DNA of 64,000 nucleotides from Alphaproteobacteria bacterium (GTDB lineage Bacteria; Pseudomonadota; Alphaproteobacteria; UBA828): NCBI GenBank assembly GCA_965221125.1, contig CBDCRW010000004.1, positions 1 to 64,000 of the forward strand, read 5' to 3'. Shown piece by piece: positions 59,627 to 64,000 of this stretch (position 1 is its first letter; each line of letters starts with the position of its first letter). The notes under the pieces were generated by a model. It saw only the letters and a program-made list of their open reading frames with translations, ran no database searches and was not told where the DNA came from. The position numbers and the translations under genes were made by a program.

Positions 59627-60904
59627 CTAGGAGGGCCTGCCTACGATGACCGTGGCGTTGGTGCCGCCGAAGCCGAAGGAGTTCGACAGCGCCCGCTCCA
59701 CCTTGCGCTCCCTGGCCTCGTGCGGGACGAGATCGAGATCGCAGCCCGGCGAGGGGTTGTCGAGATTGAGCGTCGGCGGGACCACGCCGTGATTGATGGC
59801 GAGGATGGAGAAGATCAGCTCGACGCTGCCGGCCGCGCCGAGCAGGTGCCCGATGGAGGACTTGGTGGACGACATCGAGAGCCGCCCGGCATCGGCGCCG
59901 AAGAGGTGCTTGACCGCGCCCAGCTCGATCTCGTCGCCGAGCGGCGTCGAGGTGCCGTGCGCGTTGATGTAGTCGATCTCGTCGCAGTTGAGCTCAGCGG
60001 TGCGGAGCGCATGCGCCATGGAGCGGTAGCCGCCCGAGCCGTCCGGCGCCGGCGCGGTCACGTGGTGGGCATCGCCGCTCATGCCGTAGCCGATGATCTC
60101 GGCGTAGATGGTGGCCCCCCGCTTCTTCGCGTGCTCGTACTCCTCCAGCACGACGACACCCGCGCCTTCGCCCATCACGAAGCCGTCGCGCGCCTCGTCC
60201 CACGGGCGGGATGCGCGTTCCGGCTCGTCGTTGAAGTTGGTGGAGAGCGCGCGGGCCGCGGCGAAGCCCGCGACACCGATATGGCAGACGCCCGCTTCCG
60301 CGCCGCCGGCGACCATGACGTCCGCATCGCCCCGCAGGATCAGGTGCGAGGCGTCGCCGATGGCGTGCGCGCCGGTGGAGCACGCGGTCACCACGGAGTG
60401 ATTGGGCCCGCGGAAGCCGTAGCGGATGGAGACGTGGCCGGACGCCAGGTTGATCAGGCTCGACGGGATGAAGAACGGGCTGAGCCGTCTCGGGCCCTTC
60501 TCGGCGACGAGCACGGTCGCCGCCTCGATGGTCTTGAGCCCGCCGATGCCGGAGCCGATCATCACGCCGGTCCGCTCCAGGCTCTCCTCGTCCTCGGGCG
60601 TCCAGCCCGAATCCTCGACCGCCTCGACCGCGGCGCACAGCGCGTAGACGATGAAATCGTCCATCTTGCGCAGGTCCTTGGTCGGCACGATGTCGGCGGG
60701 GCGGAAGCCGCCGTCGGCGTCGCCGTTCGGGATCTCGCCCGCGATCTTGACCGGCAGGTCGGACGGATCGAACGCCTGGATCTGCGCGATGCCCGAGCGC
60801 CCGGCGATCAGCCGTTCCCAGCTCAGGCGCACGCCGTTCGCCAGCGGCGACACCATGCCGACGCCGGTGACCACCACTCTGCGCGCCCGGTCAGCGGTGC
60901 GCAT
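59627..60904 (-). CDS. fabF: 3-oxoacyl-ACP synthase II
   Basis: RRVVVTG, TACSTG, NAHGTST, GHLLGAAG, NSFGFGG. Confidence 0.97.
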   Translation of the reverse strand: MRTADRARRVVVTGVGMVSPLANGVRLSWERLIAGRSGIAQIQAFDPSDLPVKIAGEIPNGDADGGFRPADIVPTKDLRKMDDFIVYALCAAVEAVEDSGWTPEDEESLERTGVMIGSGIGGLKTIEAATVLVAEKGPRRLSPFFIPSSLINLASGHVSIRYGFRGPNHSVVTACSTGAHAIGDASHLILRGDADVMVAGGAEAGVCHIGVAGFAAARALSTNFNDEPERASRPWDEARDGFVMGEGAGVVVLEEYEHAKKRGATIYAEIIGYGMSGDAHHVTAPAPDGSGGYRSMAHALRTAELNCDEIDYINAHGTSTPLGDEIELGAVKHLFGADAGRLSMSSTKSSIGHLLGAAGSVELIFSILAINHGVVPPTLNLDNPSPGCDLDLVPHEARERKVERALSNSFGFGGTNATVIVGRPS

Positions 60905-60973
60905 TCCCTTCTCTCCGGCTGTCGAGGTCCCGCGCAGGCGTTGTCCGCGCCATCGGCCTCTCTGGCCGCCCCG

Positions 60974-61213
60974 TCAGGTGATCTGCTCGATGTGGTCGAT
61001 GGCGTCCTTCACCGTGAGGATCTTCTCGGCGGCGTCATCGGGAATCTCGCAGCCGAACTCCTCCTCGAAGGCCATCACGAGCTCGACCGTATCGAGGCTG
61101 TCCGCGCCCAGATCGTCTATGAAGCTCGCGTTCTCGGTCACCTTTTCCTCTTCGATGCCAAGGTGATCGACGACGATTTTCTTGACGCGCGCGGCGATAT
61201 CGTTATCGCTCAT
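60974..61213 (-). CDS. acpP: Acyl carrier protein
   Basis: [29 protein letters not shown]. Confidence 0.97.
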   Translation of the reverse strand: MSDNDIAARVKKIVVDHLGIEEEKVTENASFIDDLGADSLDTVELVMAFEEEFGCEIPDDAAEKILTVKDAIDHIEQIT

Positions 61214-61460
61214 GTAACCTTCCCTCGTCGGACTGCGTGAACGGCTACGCCGGTCTGTACCAGCGGACAGCGGCTCCGTGCGGCGCGCGCACCCCGTTCG
61301 GGCCGTGCCGCGCGGACGGACGGACGCGGCGCTAGGTAACACATTTTCCGGCGATACTCCATACGCTCGAACGACGCCGCCCGTGCGCGGGTCAATTCGA
61401 GCCTGAAGCGGTCCCGCGGGCCATGAGAGAGACACGGAATCCGCCGCCAGGCGTCCGATC

Positions 61461-62363
61461 ATGAGCGAGAATCGGAGCGACTCCGGCCGCGCAACAGGGC
61501 GCCGGCGGGTGATCCTGGGCGGTGCCCTCGTCGCGGCGTCCGGCCTCATGTTCGCGCTCGCCGGCATGGGCATCAAGATGGCGGAGGAGAGCCTCTCGAG
61601 CTTCGAGGTGCTCTTCTGGCGCAACGTGCTGAGCCTCGCGATCCTCGCACCCTGGGTCCTCTGGCACTGGCCCGGCTCGCTCCGCCCGGCCCATCGCGGC
61701 CTGATGGCGATGCGGGCCGTGGCGCTGGTGGCGGCGCTGCTCTGCTACTACCACGCGGTGAGCGTGCTGCCGCTGGCCGAGGCGGTGTTGCTCAACTTCA
61801 GCTCGCCGATCTTCGTGCCCGTGCTGGGCTTTGTGCTCTTCCGCTTCGCGCTCGACGGCAGGGTGCTGGCCGCGGTGCTGATCGGCTTCGCCGGCGTCGC
61901 CCTGATCCTCAAGCCCGGAACGGAGTTCTTTCAGCCCGCCGCCCTGATCGGCGCCGTCTCCGGCCTGCTCGGCGGGCTCTCCGCCGTCGCCATCTGGAAG
62001 ATGCCGACCGAGGAGAACGCGATCCGCATCGCCGTCTACTTCGCCGCGCTCGGCATCCTCGTCACGCTCGCGCCGGTGCTGATGGACCCGACCCTGCCGC
62101 CGGCCGAGGCTTGGCCGGGGCTCGTCATGCTGGGCGTCTTCTCGACCGCCGCCCACGTCCTCTTCGCGAAGGGCTGCCTCGTCGCGCCGACGGATCGCGC
62201 GGGCACCTTCATCTACACGTCGGTGCTCTTCGCCGCGCTGTTCGGCTGGCTCTTCTGGGCGGAAGGGCTGGACTGGCTCATGGCCGGCGGCGCGGTGTTG
62301 ATCGTCGCCGCCGGCGTAATCGCCATCCGCGCTGGCAGGCCCGGCCGCGCACGGGTGTCGTAG
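61461..62363 (+). CDS. DMT/EamA-family transporter
   Basis: About 10 TM segments. [35 protein letters not shown]. Confidence 0.88.
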   Translation: MSENRSDSGRATGRRRVILGGALVAASGLMFALAGMGIKMAEESLSSFEVLFWRNVLSLAILAPWVLWHWPGSLRPAHRGLMAMRAVALVAALLCYYHAVSVLPLAEAVLLNFSSPIFVPVLGFVLFRFALDGRVLAAVLIGFAGVALILKPGTEFFQPAALIGAVSGLLGGLSAVAIWKMPTEENAIRIAVYFAALGILVTLAPVLMDPTLPPAEAWPGLVMLGVFSTAAHVLFAKGCLVAPTDRAGTFIYTSVLFAALFGWLFWAEGLDWLMAGGAVLIVAAGVIAIRAGRPGRARVS

Positions 62364-62388
62364 AGGGGGACCGGCGAGCACGCCGGGC

Positions 62389-63126
62389 TTAGATCATCGC
62401 CATGCCGCCGTTGACGTGGAGCGTCTGCCCGGTGACGTAGCGGGCCTCCTCGCTGGCCAGGTAGACGCAGGCGGCGGCGACGTCGCTCCCCTCGCCGAAG
62501 CGTCCGGCCGGGATCGTGCCGAGCAGCGCCTCCTTCTGCGCATCCGCCAGCGCGTCGGTCATCGGCGTCTCGATGAATCCGGGGGCGACGCAGTTGGCGG
62601 TGACGCCGCGGGCGGCCGCCTCGGCGGCGAGCGCCTTCACCATCCCCGCGAGCCCGGCCTTGGAGGCGGCATAGTTGGCCTGCCCGGCATTGCCGGTCGT
62701 GCCCACCACCGAGGTGATGAAGATGAGCCGACCCCAGTGCTGGCGGATCATACCGCGCAGGCAGGCGCGGGCGAGCACGAAGCCGGCGCTGAGATTGACC
62801 TCCAGGACCTCCTGCCAGTCCTCGTCCTTCATGCGGAGCGCGAGGCCGTCGCGGGTGATCCCGCCGCAGTGAACGAGAATGGCGGGCGCGCCGGCCGCTT
62901 CCGCCGTCCGCTCGGGCAGGCCTGCGAGCGCGTCGCGGTCGGCGAGATCGCAGGGCGCCGCGTGGGCGCCGTCCCCCAGCCGCGCGGCGAGCGCCTCCAG
63001 GGCGTCCGCGCGCCGGCCGGAGAGCACCACCGCCGCACCTTGGGCGTGCAGGGCTTCGGCGATGGCGCCGCCGATGCCGCCCGTGGCGCCCGTCACCAGC
63101 GCCACCTTTCCCGACAGATCGAACAT
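62389..63126 (-). CDS. fabG: 3-oxoacyl-ACP reductase
   Basis: TGATGGIG, YAASKAG, APGFIETPMT, TGQTLHVNGGM. Confidence 0.96.
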   Translation of the reverse strand: MFDLSGKVALVTGATGGIGGAIAEALHAQGAAVVLSGRRADALEALAARLGDGAHAAPCDLADRDALAGLPERTAEAAGAPAILVHCGGITRDGLALRMKDEDWQEVLEVNLSAGFVLARACLRGMIRQHWGRLIFITSVVGTTGNAGQANYAASKAGLAGMVKALAAEAAARGVTANCVAPGFIETPMTDALADAQKEALLGTIPAGRFGEGSDVAAACVYLASEEARYVTGQTLHVNGGMAMI

Positions 63127-63158
63127 TCCTCGCCGCTCCCCGTTGCCGTCCGCTGTTT

Positions 63159-64000
63159 CTAGCCCGCCTGCTCCAGCAGGGCGCTCACGTCTTCGACCGT
63201 GCCGACCGAAGAGGCGGCAAGCGAGCGGTCGATGCGCCGCGCGAGGCCGGTGAGCACCTTGCCGGCGCCGATCTCGATCAGCGTGTCCACGCCCTCACTC
63301 GCCATGTGAAGCACGCTCTCCCGCCAGCGCACCATCGCCGTCACCTGGCGGACGAGCAGCGCCGGCACCTCGGACGCCTCGTGCACCGGGCGGGCCGTCA
63401 CGTTGGCGACGGCCGGGACGGCAAGCGGCATGAACGAAACCTCCGCGAACGCTGCCGCCATCGCCTCCGCCGCAGGGCTGAGCATGGGCGAGTGGAAGGG
63501 CGCGCTCACCGGAAGCATGACGGCGCGCCTGATGCCGTGCTCCGGGGCCAGCGCCACCGCCCGCTCCACTGCGGACGCGGCGCCGCTGACTACCACCTGG
63601 CCCGGCGCGTTGTCGTTGCCGACCACGCAGACCTCGCCGGCGGCGGCAGCCTCTGCGATTTCCTCGGCCTGGGCCAGATCGGCGCCGATCAAGGCGGCCA
63701 TCGCGCCTGCGCCGACGGGGACGGCCGCCTGCATGGCCTCGCCCCGCAGGCGAAGCAGGCGGGCCGCGTCAGGCAGCGCCAGGCACCCCGCCGCGGCGAG
63801 CGCGGTGTATTCACCGAGCGAGTGGCCCGCGACGAACGCGGTGCGCTCCCCGAGCCTCCAGGCGCCCTCGGCCTCGAGCGCGCGGATCGCGGCCACCGAG
63901 ACCGCCATCAGCGCCGGTTGCGCGTTCCGCGTCAGCGTCAGCTCGTCCTCGTCGCCCTCGAAGATGAGGCCGGAGAGACTCTCGCCGAGGGCCTCGTCCA
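63159..64000 (-). CDS. fabD: Malonyl-CoA:ACP transacylase (5' end outside the window)
   Basis: NAQPALM, AGHSLGEY, PVSAPFHS, EIGAGKVL. Confidence 0.96.
   Translation of the reverse strand, partial: DEALGESLSGLIFEGDEDELTLTRNAQPALMAVSVAAIRALEAEGAWRLGERTAFVAGHSLGEYTALAAAGCLALPDAARLLRLRGEAMQAAVPVGAGAMAALIGADLAQAEEIAEAAAAGEVCVVGNDNAPGQVVVSGAASAVERAVALAPEHGIRRAVMLPVSAPFHSPMLSPAAEAMAAAFAEVSFMPLAVPAVANVTARPVHEASEVPALLVRQVTAMVRWRESVLHMASEGVDTLIEIGAGKVLTGLARRIDRSLAASSVGTVEDVSALLEQAG

Overview
GC-rich (about 70%, by eye) alphaproteobacterial DNA; the core gene order suggests Rhodospirillales-like, and a host-associated lifestyle is only an inference from the cargo. Roughly 1-38.2 kb is a nested mobile-element complex. 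Roughly 38.7-64 kb is ordinary core chromosome: tupBCA, an FAD oxidoreductase, holA-lptE-leuS-DUF3576, tRNA-Cys, an isochorismatase-amidase pair, lptFGD-surA-rsmA, gmk-yicC-mltG-fabF-acpP-fabG-fabD. Main result: a tyrosine integrase gene is split inside its catalytic HDLRHSY motif. The N-part lies at 37501-36499 and the C-part at 11555-11158, both on the minus strand. Between them is a 24,952-bp element bounded by the direct repeat GCA(T/C)AAGAGTGGC, and removing it restores an in-frame 463-aa integrase. The inserted element carries two tandem paralogues of that integrase, an NYN RNase behind a structured leader RNA, and an arylsulfotransferase plus giant autotransporter behind a 29-copy octamer repeat. 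It also carries a frameshifted FseA-like activator, a helically phased palindrome array, a leading-region-like gene cluster and a HigBA-type TA. The inner and outer elements share an apparently uncharacterised module: a ~108-aa protein, a protein with tandem C4 zinc fingers (4 vs 7 repeats) and SSB. The outer element also carries oxyR-katG, and a GInt-like multi-recombinase cassette abuts its ssb 3' end. All family assignments are from motif recognition by eye, not database searches.
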